Below are positions 11,801-25,659 of a DNA stretch of 64,000 bases, piece by piece. A program made the position numbers and the translations under genes. This stretch comes from Lingula anatina (lineage: Eukaryota > Animalia > Brachiopoda), in contig CM120642.1 of assembly GCA_051362555.1 (NCBI GenBank), positions 9,920,001 to 9,984,000 of the forward strand, written 5' to 3'. How positions within the stretch are numbered: the stretch's first letter is position 1; the number at the start of each line of letters is the position of its first letter. The notes under the pieces are model-generated. The model ran no database searches. It was given only the letters and a program-made list of their open reading frames with translations, and was not told the origin of the DNA.

Positions 11801-14783
11801 TCAGAAATTTAATTGTTTAACAATACTATACAACAAATGAATGAGGTTACAAAAAAGTGTAAACGTCGATTGATTTAATATTGATACGGATATTTAAAAG
11901 TACTCGTATCTGCAAACAATTTTCCAATCAGATTATAATCCACGTTTAATTTCTTTTTTTTTTATTTCATGTACAAATGAAGGTTTAATCCCATCGATTA
12001 CATTCATATTATTCTGATTGAATGTAAATCCCCTATCTCTTTCATTAGAGTATTTATTTATCACACGGTTTATTTAACTGAATTACATAACAAACAATTT
12101 AAAAAGAGTTTGTAACTATATCCAACAAATCATTATCAGATAACATAGAATTATTTCTCGATGAAGAAAACATTAATGACGCTCGGAGAATAATTTGATT
12201 GTAAAAGAAAACTTTTCCCAGAGAACAGCCAAGCGATTTTCCTGAGAAGCAACCCTTAAGGATATTTTAATCCCGCCACGAAGGCGCGTACACTACAATT
12301 AACGTGACTTTGCCAGATTAGATAACTATCCAAAAAGTCGTAAACGCACGCAGGGCACGTCTTGAACGCTAAAACTTTAAATGGATATGACAGTAATAAT
12401 GCTAGAATCATTTTGTATGACCCACATATATTGCTAATTATATTTCCTTCGCACAATTGAGTGGCCTAACGCGTGTTAGTATTGGCTTACGCTTGACCAA
12501 CTACGAATTGTACAAATTAAAGAGAATTCAAATATCTTTTTACTTGATTCCTCCAGCGTAGATGTCTTAACTAATGTTCATCAAAATGTTCAATCGCAGT
12601 CATAATCGCTACAATTACAACCATGACGCGTGCGCAGCGCGAGGCCCACTCGTTTTCTGATACTTGATTCTTTATTAGTCCATTGCGTCTCTTAATACAA
12701 TAATTATTTACGGCCAGTTTAAACGCACGTGCCACGTGGCGCAGCGCATGCAGTAGCGTGTGTCGGGTTTGTCTTCCCTTAATTTATCAGTCTGAACAAA
12801 TGTCTTCGACTAGAGTACTCCATATTCGTTGAATAGCGTACTTTCTGACACAAATCGCTCTTACAATAATGGGGACCTCGTGCGTTTGAAATAATGATTA
12901 TTGTTTTTTATTAGTGGAAGTGTGTTTTCTTAGCTATTACTGGGGATTCATGTCTTGATTAAACACGTGTCCAAATATAAATGTATGTATGTTGAGAAAA
13001 GAATGATTAAAATTCTATATACATTTTTATTAGCAGAAAACGAGTTCTACATTAATCATATCACATTATATCGTATCATACGTATATATTTATAAATGTA
13101 TATATGTATGCGTGTTTCATGCACTTCTTTCCTCTTTTCAACATAAATGATTTATTTACGTCAAGGGGTTTTATCAGTCGGCATGGACCAAGCTCTGGAA
13201 CAAATGATAGATCTTTTATTGACAGTAACAGCGTCGTTATAACTACGACATAAAACCGTTCGGAGATCCATAATCATCAAAAAGGGGTGAAAACACATAA
13301 AAGTGGCTCCAGTAATTTCATCCAGATGTAACATACTCTAATGGCAGCCCTGCTGTATATTTCATATATCTATTTCTCGCTTATGGTCGAACCATTCTGC
13401 ATTTGCCCATGCATCCTCATGCGTGCACAGTAAACACAGCCATATCTGTACGGAGGAAGATGTCGATGCTAATCTAATAGAGATGATGAATAAAAGGCAG
13501 GCTAATCCTCGCAGGGATCAGACCTTTTCCTGATTAACTTTTTTTTAGCTAATGTATCCGATGTATACTTTTGGTGGAATTTCTCAAATGAAAAAAGAAT
13601 GAAGGAAGGTGCCACGTTTGTGCTGGGCGTTTATTTCTCTTGACGCAACGATTAGAATTTACCCACGTCTTCTTCATCTTATCCGATATCTCTGTTAAAT
13701 GAAACAGGGAATGCATATTATTTATTTTTAAGTGTAATCATTGTGGTTTTGTTATTCCAATTACTTTCCAATTTCCAGAAAAAATAATAACACTAACAAC
13801 ACAACTGCATTACTGATGATGAAATATTGAAAGCTGCTCCCCTATTCTTCGTTTTTTTTCCCTTTTTATCATTCCAGGTGTAACACTGCTTACACTGTTT
13901 GCGCCCCCAGTGGCACCCACTGCGTTAGGACTCCAAAAGAGTTTGTCACTTGACTTAAATCAAAACAATATTTGTTCCTCCTCCCCTCTGAGGAGACTTC
14001 CAACCCCCATCCCCCCTTTCGAAAATGATGATCGCAACAGCCGAGAGTTCTTAAAAGGCATCCCGTAAGAGAATTTGACCAGGATTGTCATAGATCAATA
14101 GCTGATGTACAGGGATTTACTTATATATCCCCGCTATCTCTAGACTTGTAACACATCCGTAATTACAGTTTTGATGTAGAGAAATTTACCAAAACTGATC
14201 CCCATCAAGCAGTGGCGATCAGTCGTACAAGTCCTCTGGGGGATACATTCAATTCCAGCTAAGTGTTCTTTTGTCACATGATGACGCTTTAATTTGCGCA
14301 TTGCTGTTCAGTTAAAACGTTGCACTCTCCAATCGATGTAGCTAGCACAGATGAGCAACGGTTGCCAATCGTTCCCGGTTCGCAAATTCAATTTGCCATG
14401 ATCTGTAATTACTCAGTAACCCGCGAGCTCAGACAAAACGTTGGAATCGGGGGATAACCAATCCCCAGGACGCGCCATTTGATTAATTAATCCTGATCGA
14501 GCTTCGGGCGATGTGGAAAAATGGCGATTTTTCAAACGTGCCAAAACTGCGCTATTGTGTGCAGATAATACAATTAAGTGCCTCATGAATAATTATCGGG
14601 GAAATTATTACCAATCGCAACAATTCCGAAAAGTTGAGAAGTTAAAGAAAAGCAAGACTCTATGGCGTTGTGATTCCACTCGTTCGTTTTGCGCATATGC
14701 GGTAGTAAGGAGACGCTCCAGCTTCTGCGTCCATAACGTTTGGTAAAATCCCCACCGCTTCTCTTCTCATATATCAGAGTATT

Positions 14784-14789
14784 TATAAA
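14784..14789 (+). promoter_or_regulatory. Putative Phox2 TATA box
   Basis: TATAAA about 100 bp upstream of the ATG at 14890; several CCAAT motifs further upstream (about 14329, 14366, 14458, 14611). Confidence 0.45.
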
Positions 14790-14889
14790 GAGCGACTTGG
14801 CTACCGCGGGCGTGGTGGTCGTGGTAGAGACTCATCCTCTTAGATACTAAACAGGTATACACTACGGCTTCAAGCTGTATCATTCAGGC

Positions 14890-16029
14890 ATGGATTACCC
14901 TTATCTCAACCAGACGGGTTTTGACACAAGTTGTTCGATCCCCGGAATGGAACCTTCCCTGGCAAATTGCAACCTGTCTGCGTCGCCGTACGGGGACCTG
15001 GGCGCGTGTGCGGGACAGGTGTCCCAAGCCTACCGATACAACCCGGTGAGGAGTCCGTTCTCCAGTACGCCGACGACGATGATCAGCGGTCCCGGTAGCT
15101 GTGGTATGATGCCTCCTAGACCCAGAGAACACCCTAGTCCAAATGTTTTCTCTCCTGGTAAGCAAACTCAGTTTTCCGACCATTTAAAGCCATAAATCAG
15201 TAAATTTACGGGTAAAATAAGATTTGGTCGGGGGAAATTGTTTTAGCATTTGTTAACTCGGTTAATCCTGACTACGTAAAAGCCATTATGAGTTGGAATT
15301 TGATTACCCAACGTTTGGGCAGGCCTTTGCATAATTTTTCAACTGAGCTGAAACTGGTCTATATTTATCGAAGTGTCCAAACTTGATAAAAACTGTTGAA
15401 ATTTTGTGGGAATGAAATCAAAGGCGCTTTAATGTCGTTTTCTCTCAGAATAAATTCTAGCTCATGGGCGGTAAATTTATCGGTTTGTTGCTTTATTGTT
15501 TTAGCCTAATATGATTTACTTGGGTGAAATCGAACTTAACATTGATGAGCATTCTTAACATGGTAAAGGGAATATCGCGCAGTCCGTCAATTGAATCAGA
15601 AAGCTCCCGCGTTTAGCAGTATGTAGACACACCAAAATTCAGTTAGCTACCCTGATATTTGTTCTAGTCACGACTTTACTTAATTTCATACGAATATCAT
15701 AAGAATAAAAGAATTTGCGAAGCGTTTATTCAATTTCCCATAGATTCTGCCTCTTTGGTTCTGTCGTTTTTCGTTTGAGTTTTATTCGGTGTGACTGCAT
15801 ATGATAATATTAGTTGGCTTGGATAGAGCGGGATGTATTCTTTTGTGATGGATTGAATAATTATTGAATGTGATTGCCTTCTGATAGGGGAACAATATGA
15901 TAACGGTGAAATAGATCCAACAAATCTGCGAACTGATTTAAGGCATCTAACCGATGTTATTTATTTCTATCTTGATTTTTTCATTTTTTGTTTTTATCGG
16001 ATTTTGACAGAATTGTATTAATTTGATAA

Positions 16030-16079
<50 letters not shown>

Positions 16080-16569
16080 GGAACTGGTTGGTTATTTCAT
16101 AACATTAAAAAAGTAGCTTTATGTTATATAGGTTAGTAGTGTTCAGTAAATTAAAGCTTAATGTATTTTAATACATTACAAAATCTTTGTTTGATTTCAC
16201 TTATATAAATTCTTATTATTTCTGAAATGGGCAGCATATAAAATTGAGAAATTTTATTTTCATTTACTGGTGATCGTGGGAAAGTACGACAGTGTGATAT
16301 ACATGTAGTCATGAACCACTAGCTTTACTGATGAAACATAAAATCAATTACTCACAAAAATTTTCATAGTGAGACAATCGCAAAAAGAAAATCGTACCTA
16401 CAATTAGATTCAAATTCAAAATGATAATATTCGAATATTCAAATAGCCAATGAATCAAATAGCCAATCTGAGCTGATTATTGTAAACAATTTTCATGCTT
16501 CAAATTCAAAGTAAATTTTATGAGATATACAATCCATATAACAGATATCCATTTTCTCATTTCCACAAA

Positions 16570-16612
<43 letters not shown>

Positions 16613-19600
16613 CTTGCATGCGGAAATATCATTTTTATCCACAATTTGTCTAAACTGTAGGGTTACTCTGCACACAATATAATAAGTAATTTTTCATATG
16701 GATTATTATTCCGTTAAATATTGTAAATCGAATAGTACATTATAAAAATCTGCCATGCTCCTCGAGTGAAATTTCAGTAGCATTTGTTTCTTGAAGGAAA
16801 GCAGTGTCGTCCTTTGATGAGTTTTATCGTAAAATGTAACGTCAGCCCCTGCCTACAGATTCAAGACTTTCCGAATCGACAGGTGGTCAAACCGGCAAGA
16901 TAAATGGGGTAGATATATATCAGAGATATCAACATCGATGTTCGACATTTCATGTGATTAATCACTCTGTTGCCCATAAAGACAACTTATGGGGCAGAAA
17001 ATCATTATCGGTTCTAAAAAAATGGGCAGTCTCTTAATTAACAAATATCATAAAATGAAAAAAGGGGGTAATAATTACTGAGTACCTGCATTATGACTGT
17101 AGCGAATGTCACCGGGGTTTTAAATTTTGTCTTTAGACTGGTATTTTTCTTGTGGAAGCGCCAAAAGGCGAGGATGGCAACTGATCATTAGCTGGCAATT
17201 ATTGAACAAAAATACAAAAAGTGTGGAACATTTTTGTTCGAACAGAATTTATACTTGTCACTCGTTATTTCAGATTCGTCATATATCATTATTATTTATT
17301 ATAAATGTTTTATTGTAATCAATATTGTGATAAATAAGAATATATACCTATGTTTACTTGTCCCGTGCGATGGAAATGATATATGGAGACGTGTTCTTTA
17401 CATGACGAAATTAGGTAAAAAAAAAAAAAAGCGAAAAGCATTTTTGATAAATAATACAAATTGATCAAATACTTCAATTTACTGATTAATTAAGAACGAT
17501 CCAACTTATATTTCTCATTTACTGCTACAGGATGATTAATACTATTCAATCATTTTTACAAATATCATTTCCTGTTTCCTTGTGGTTTACGATTTTATGA
17601 AGACAAAATACTTATCTATGAACCTACATATCATTCAGATATTTTGTAAAAAATCGTCGGTTTTAAAAATTAATCATAATTTTAGATGATATGTATCATA
17701 ATATGAACAAATAATATCATTTACACGTAATCACTTTTCTTATCTAATATTGACGCACTCAATTCAAATATTATTTATTATGACAAAGTAATCGTACATG
17801 TGGCTCGGGAAAATTTTTAGCCTCTTTGACAAGCTTTTAAAGTACATAAGAATATTCGGTTCGCGATTTTTAAAATTCTTTATAATAGCCAGGTCACATA
17901 TAAAAATCTTTACTAAAACCAGAACAAAATACAGACAGATCTCAGCCAGCAGGACCTCCACAGTGAAGTGCTTGCTGATGAGTTAGTCTGCCGACTTGAA
18001 AATGAGAATCGACTTGCGATAAAGAAATTAAATTCACCACTTCAAACGCGCTCTGCTTAGTATTCGCTTCTCGTTGAATTAATCTGAATGATTATTCTTG
18101 ATATCAACAAGATTAAACAAGGCCCGCGTGCTTAAGGTTGAGCCGAGTCTCTTCAAAGTCCCAGCAAAGACACCAGATTGCGAAGCAATTGTCTTGAAAA
18201 CGGCCATTTGCGGAACAAAAAGCCTGCGATATTTATGTCGTGTAATTGGAGGGATGCGCAAAGTTACAACCATCTGGGCATTTCAGCCTCATTATGCTTG
18301 GTCGCATTCAGAAGTGGTGTTAATTACACCGGGACCCAGGTATTAAATGATTATTGTCGGGATTAATCTCGGCTCTATGGCGTTGCCCCACCTGTTAGGA
18401 GGTTAGTGTCCGGGTCTCGAATGCAGTGAGGCATTTAAGCGATTTTTAGTTAAGACATTTCAATGAATTTTACCCCTCTTGATGAGTATTGTCCCTGTAT
18501 TGTAGCCGTCGGGGTGGTGTTATAGGCAGCAGACAGTGAAGTAGGCCAGTAACGAGTGTACTTGTCGAGTCCTCTCCCTCCAGGCTACAAATATGGCAGT
18601 GTTTGCCCAACTCGGAGCTCGTGGTTTGGTGACATCTACTTAAGGGGGATTAGGTTTTTGTGGCACGCGCCGCCTGTCAGTCACGAACGCGCGACCTTTA
18701 ACCATAAAACAAACAACTTGGACATTTTGATGGTAGAAATGCTCTCTGAGAGGAGCAGATATTTCTGTTACTTTTTCCTCTTCTCTTAAGAAGAAATATC
18801 ATTTCCATTTAATGCATACTCGAATTTTAAACAGCACATTAACTTATCCGATTGTATCAGTGTCTTATCTACGTAACAAAAAAAAAAAAAAAAAAAAAAA
18901 TCAATTATTTCTTTCCTTAATGTAGCTGATATTCGATGATCTCTTGCAGATGGCCCATAGAGACCGACTAATGCACCGCTAATATATATGAAATGAATTG
19001 TAGTGTATCAGATGAAAAAGTTTTCATTGTCAGATAAAGAACATCAGTGATAAAATTACAAGGTCGTTAGCGGGACTAAATTGGCACACAAAACCTAAAG
19101 AAATTTAACCTTGTATGAAATGTGATACAGAGCTCAGTAAGAAATACGGGACAAAATTTACTAACGGTCCCTTTCATTTAAAAAACTATATGATTCCGCG
19201 ACACTTACTCTCTTTTCTTTAGCTAATTTTTAGAGGTCTGTGCTTAAACTTATTATTCTATCATATCATTATTTTTTCTTGTCGCTGAATTTATGTAAGG
19301 TTTCGTGTTCGCCTTGAAACTGTGTTAGCGTCGAATGTTCATTAACATATATTTGTGAATGTTTTAGTTAATGCATATATCTTATGTCAGAAAAGGGAAT
19401 TATTCACAGATGTCTGTATCACTTAAATTTTTATTTTTTTGCTGATATAATTGTTCCTACTCACTCGTCTTTGCTTTCAGTGAAATCGTTTTGCTTTAGT
19501 TTTGCTTTTTAGTCTTTCATATGATAAATATTTTGTTATTCTTAAGAGACAACAAAATTTCAACTTCACATTAAAAAACGGCACCTGCATCTGTTATCAG

Positions 19601-22600
19601 CTGCTTTTATATACTATCTGCAAGGCCAAGGGGTGGTATCCTTTGAATATATTAAATGTCTTGATTACCAAGCAGATTTTTTTTGTTCAGCAAAGGACTC
19701 AGCAGTGTTTTCTTCTTTCAGACATAGCAAAGCAATTTGAAATAACCACGTATTTTTCTCTGGATCTGAATCACAAAATGGGACAACGTGAACCATAATT
19801 AAAAACCGAGGGCAAATAAATTCACAAAAGAAAGAAATCATTCCATGTTAGGCCTACATGTAACTAAAATAAGAATTTCTTTAACCAATTTTGCCGTACT
19901 TCACGACACAGTCACTTCAACAAAACTGTGATTCAGTGTATGTTTGCAGATATCACTCTTGTCCTATGAAAATATAGACTCTCTGTACTGAGCGCTAACC
20001 GTCTGAAGTAGACAGGTGCATTTTGATCGATAACCCTGCGTCAACGATCCTTCACTCTATTTCTTGAGCACAAAAGCACGTAGGGGGTTAAATATCAGTT
20101 CAGTCCCCTATCGTTCACCTAGCATGCTTAATGAGAAATTAATAGACCGGGAGAGCTTTCATATACTGCCTACCACTTCATTGAAAAGTTCATTAAACAT
20201 ACGATCTCTTTATGGCGAATGTTTCGCATAATTTGAGCCAACTGCTCGCTAATAAGACCCCTTGGTCAAAATAAACGGAACGAGACTGTGCCTTTTTGAA
20301 TTTAATGGAAAGATTAAAAATAATGTACTTGATTCCGTACATGTATGTCCGTTCCCCGTTAGTATAGGTAGTATTAATCAAACCACTACTTTAATTTTTT
20401 TACTTGCTGATATATTTACTTCTTTTCCTATCTGAGTTTCGCTTTTTATAAAACAATAGAAAAGCGATTAATTAGCAAAGGCTATCCTCGCAATGAAAAA
20501 GGAATGCTTTAAAATTATCTCGAAATGATGCATGAAAAAAAAAAGATGTTTACAAGTCAGTAAACCACATCTGTATAGGTAATAAAATTCTGACATTATA
20601 TTTCAAACCAAGGAGTTGTTGGAACTCCTTGTTCAAACTTAACCAGATAGGTCCGATGAATGCAAACATTGACGTAACAACGGGGGTCGCAGTCGCTCAC
20701 TGTGTTGGGGATATTATGTCAAAGAGACACAACACAACACGAAGCGAGGACAGCACCACCCAGCAGCTGTGAGGGAGATAGTATTACCAAAATACACGGC
20801 ATATACGGCACCTTTGTCATCAGATTTAATATATGAAAAGACAGAAACAATGTTAAATTGACAAAGGAAATAAAGAAACACAAATTTGTTGGCAAATTAG
20901 TAAAAAAATACAAAAGAGTGTCAAAATGAAAATGACAAATTGGAATAGTAAAGAACAATTCAGTTTTGTTACCTGGTCATACGTACATGTACGTATAGAA
21001 ATTCAAAATAGTGTTAATATACTATATAAGATAAGAAGAAAATGACCTAAACTGCAGACCGGATACTACAGGGTATACTTTAAATTATGAAAGGAATGCA
21101 AAAATACAATGAAAAACACTGTATATCGGAAGAATATAAAAAACTTAGATATACGGAACAGTGAATAAAAAAGAATACACCTGCACTGGATACAATAAAA
21201 GAGAAATAAATAGAATATAAAACTTCTTATATGCCTTTACATGTACTATCCATAGCCTTCAATAGATAAATGAGAGAAAACAAAGATACATTTCGAATAA
21301 AATATTTGAAAAGGCACACTTGCATCTCTTTGAAATATATAAAGGAGATAACAAAATAATTAAAATGCCGTAAAATGAAAAAATAAAAAATTTAAAACAG
21401 AAAGGAAAATTTTGAAATACATGATGAAGAGAAAATATATGATTTTTAAAATTAGATTTTATAAGGTTTGTCTGAAAACTGTTGCAAGAGCGATTCTTTT
21501 TATCTGTAATGGGAAATTCTAATCACTCTCAATATACTGTTCATACAGTTGATATGCTACGTTATGCAGTAGCAAAACCGGCGAATCAGTTTTTAATGGT
21601 TTTCTGCCCACATTCTAAGGTTCTGTTGCCAAGGAACATTCGCATGTCGAAATTTGTTCTAAATTCCATTAGTATATTCTCTAGATTCTTTTTCGCTGTG
21701 TAAACTTAAATATTAACAACTTTGCCTTTTATTTACTTCACTTTTTTTGTCCCAACTACATAGTAAAATTACTTGTCCCATGATATTTGCATTAACACAT
21801 TAACTTTATGGGGACAACACCAGCATGAAAAAGCATATACAAATGTCGAACGTTTGGAAATTAGACTTTATTTTGACTTTATTTTGGGTTATCTGCATAT
21901 CATGAAAAAATAGAACAGCTGATGGCTGGAGGCAGTTCTTGTGAAAAAATCCAATTCAGCATATCAAGTAGATAAGGTTTCATATCACAAATTTTGCAAA
22001 CAGTTTTCAAAAATAATATGAATTGAAAGCTGCCCCACCGTCTCGAGGTTTCAGCAATAATTTTCCTTGAGTTTAGATTGAAAAAAAAGTATACAAGTGT
22101 TTTCAAAACGGAATAAAGCTTTCGGTTAATTTGATAAAACATCTTAATTCAAAATGAATGATGGATAACTATGAATGGTTCTTATTAGTACATCAATTTG
22201 GATGATGAAATAAGTGTAAGTAAACTGCAGTAAGGGACTGGGTTAGGAGAAAAAGAAAGGAATGGTATAGTCGACGGGTCAGTTTAATCTGCCACAGACA
22301 AAGAAGACATTTACTATTATGAATCATTGCACTTGAATTTGACATAGTTCTGCACAGTATTAACCGTAGCAGTTTGTAAGGATTGTCCTGTACGGCACTA
22401 AACTAACGGATTTTTTTATCTCAGAAATTATTAGCACATGTACATCTATTTATTTTTCTGAACACAGTTATTGACAAGTACTAATTATGAATAGACTCTG
22501 TTGGAATGGCTTTCATAATTTCATGAAAAAATCTGGAGCATTATTTTATTAATTCAAAAATAAGATATAGGCAAAGAGAACGAGTTATTAAGAAACAAAA

Positions 22601-23635
22601 TACTACTGAAATGGATTTTGGTTATACTTTCTGTTTTATAGCAACACTCAGTGTCAACTTAGCTGTAATCATTCATATCACCTATTTTTAAGCTTACTTT
22701 GCTTAAATTCGTCACCGTTAATCCGACAATGAGCTTCCTCGCGTCTACAAATTTGGTTTGGTTTGCTGCAAATGAAGTTTGAACGGCATTCTTAAGTCAT
22801 GTAAAAATTAGCAAGCCCAGACGTTGCATTATTTTGGATACCAATTTTCGCTCCTATGCATTTAACCACGCATTCCACATGTCTGCTACCTCCTTATCCA
22901 AAGATTATCGCAATAGAAATATATTCAAGTAGGCTGGGTGTATTCAAGGAATCCAACGCACTACTATTTTGGCCACAAAAAAACCTCTCTAAATTAAAAT
23001 TTGATCTGTTTAAGTTATGTGAACATGTAAGTTTCGCGGTAAAAATGTCCACTTTCAACCCCCCCCCCCCTTTTCAATTACTGTCTGCATCCCTCAAATA
23101 TGACTGACAATAATAATCCATAAGACTGTACATTGGAAAAAGCCGAATTGCATATGTGTCAGAAAGTGAGGAATTAAGCAGTGGCCTTTGCTTGTGTCAG
23201 AGAGTGAAGAATTAACCGGTGGCCTTTGCTAACTGACAGGCATTATGAAAAGATTAGAAAACTATACTGGATATGGTAAGGTCAATGACTGAAAAGGTTT
23301 CACTTTGAAAACATGAAAAAATAAAAGGAAAATCAATGTTTGCTTATCAAAATCAGGGGAAAAAAAGGAAAATTAATGTTAGAATTGTCTTGAGAGATTT
23401 AATACAAAATTACATTTTAAAATGTTTTCTATTAAATAGCAATATCTTAAGGTCGCCGGCATATTTGAAATAAAAAGTTACTTAGATGAAAAAACACCTG
23501 TTTATAAACTGTTTGTAAAATGAATTAGAAATGTACACAATGTAGAAATCTTAAAATAAAATGTTTCCCCAATTATCAGTGGAAGTGATTTTAGAAAAAA
23601 CTAAGATAAGCACTTGTTTGGTAAAAATATTACTC

Positions 23636-23719
<84 letters not shown>

Positions 23720-24232
23720 GAATATTAATATAACAATCAGTTTTTGACATTTCAATATTAAAACATCTTTTCCCAACTGCACATGGTTTCTAACGCCTCA
23801 GCTAACTATAATTTGAGTTGTTACAAATCATAAATACTAGATTTAGCTCGAGTCCAGAAAATTGAATTTCAGGCTGCTCTTCTATCCATAACCTAAAATT
23901 AAATTGAATTTATATCTTTTTTTCTGCGGCATAGGTATGAAGGAGCCAGGATTCACTCCATCTCTTTTCACAGGCCTTCCGTACAAGATGTATCCCGGCC
24001 ACTCGCACGAAACGTCCCTCAACCCAGAAAAACGCAAACAGAGGCGGATACGGACTACTTTCACTAGCGCTCAACTCAAAGAACTGGAGAAGGCCTTCGC
24101 CGAGACACATTACCCAGATATTTATACACGAGAAGAAATAGCCATGAAGATCGATTTGACAGAAGCGAGAGTTCAGGTTAGAATGATATGCCAGGATGTG
24201 AATGAGTGAGAAAGTAATAGAGGGAAGATTCA

Positions 24233-24293
<61 letters not shown>

Positions 24294-25406
24294 ATTTCAC
24301 GCAATATCGTCGTCTGCCAAATAACACAATGCTTTTGGGTAAACAATAAACAATTTGTGTCGTAATTAATGTTAATTTGTTTGATGCTGAGTAAGACGAG
24401 AGTTTAAATTTGATATCTAAATGACAAATGCATTACCTTGCATTTCAAACATTTGGTTAATATTCCTGAATACGGAAGCTAATAGCAGCTAGCATGATAA
24501 AAACTGATATTTTTCTCATTATTACTTCAGGTATGGTTTCAAAATCGGAGAGCCAAATTCCGAAAAATGGAGCGAGCTAAGCAGCAGCAACAGCCATCTC
24601 AACAGTCACAGCAGCAGTCTCAACAAAGTGCCCAAAAACAAGATACAAACACTGTCTCAAGCAAAGATGGAAAAACAAAAACAGTTGACAACACAGGTAA
24701 GGAAAGTCGCGTTGAGTTAGATGCGCTTTAAATTGCGTTAACGCATTTATTAGATGCACATCTACCACAATTTCAAAATTTAGGTCTTTTTTGTTGATAT
24801 TATTTGTCAAGTTTTTTTAATTGATCTGATAAATTTCTATCGCATCTTAAGCTGCCATTTATCAGAAAACACTGCGATTTATTTTCTGAATTACAAATTA
24901 GATTTAGATCACAATCAAGTCTACATCTTTCTCAGTTCACAATTAGTGCTTAAAATTCATTTACATATAAACAAAAAATTAATGTGTTTATAATCCCAGT
25001 GGGTGTAGAATATGGAGAGCTTAAACTATGGTTTCCTAAACGAATTTCTATTGATTGAATGTGACACTGAGTCTGTTCTCTGTGGTCTTGAAGGCTTCAT
25101 TGATTTTCCGTGGCTGTACAATTATAAACAGTTCCGAATCTGAAAAAGAATGGAAATAACACATTTGTTTTTAATGCCTATCTGACGTACTTCTACTACT
25201 CTTTCAACACATATTATTCTAAATTTTTAGAAAATCTGACAAACTGAAATCCTCTGTGTGCTCTTTCTTTCTTTCTTTCTTTTTTTCTCTCTCTCAACAT
25301 TTTTACATGTTTCTTATTGGACTTTAGAATTCGATCTCAACAATCAATTTGCGAAAGAGTTTCGATATAGTAATCTTTTGCCAGTTTATAATATACATAG
25401 AAGTAA

Positions 25407-25458
<52 letters not shown>

Positions 25459-25659
25459 GGGAAACCCCCAAGTGATCAGTCTAACAAATGGAATTTGAAC
25501 AGCGGCAACTGCGTACAGTTACAAACAAAGAACACCACCAACCTCAGCAACCCTCCAACTTTGCCCGGGCCATATCAAAATGTCCTGACGCCGAATTCAG
25601 CAGACTTTCAAGGGCCTGGTGCCAATGAAAAACCAAACATTCCGACCTCAATGTTCTGA
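14890..25659 (+). CDS. Phox2: Paired-like homeobox protein Phox2 (PHOX2A/B ortholog)
   Basis: Exons 14890-15157, 23935 (or 23974)-24176, 24531-24696, 25460-25659; all GT-AG and in phase. N-terminus MDYPYLN; LPYK...[50 protein letters not shown]|[15 protein letters not shown] is the Phox2 Q50 homeodomain, with the typical PRD-class intron between Q and V; C-terminus ends TSMF*. Confidence 0.95.
23641..23715. repeat. (TA)n microsatellite upstream of Phox2 exon 2
   Basis: About 75 bp of perfect TA. Confidence 0.95.
24234..24290. repeat. (TA)n microsatellite downstream of Phox2 exon 2
   Basis: About 57 bp of perfect TA. Confidence 0.95.
25408..25457. repeat. (ATT)n microsatellite abutting the Phox2 exon 4 acceptor
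   Basis: About 16 ATT units running directly into ATAG|GG. Confidence 0.95.

Noticed and set aside
23155-23230. 38-bp tandem duplication (and a similar one of about 45 bp at 10774-10840)
   Set aside because: Ordinary local slippage duplications with no further structure.
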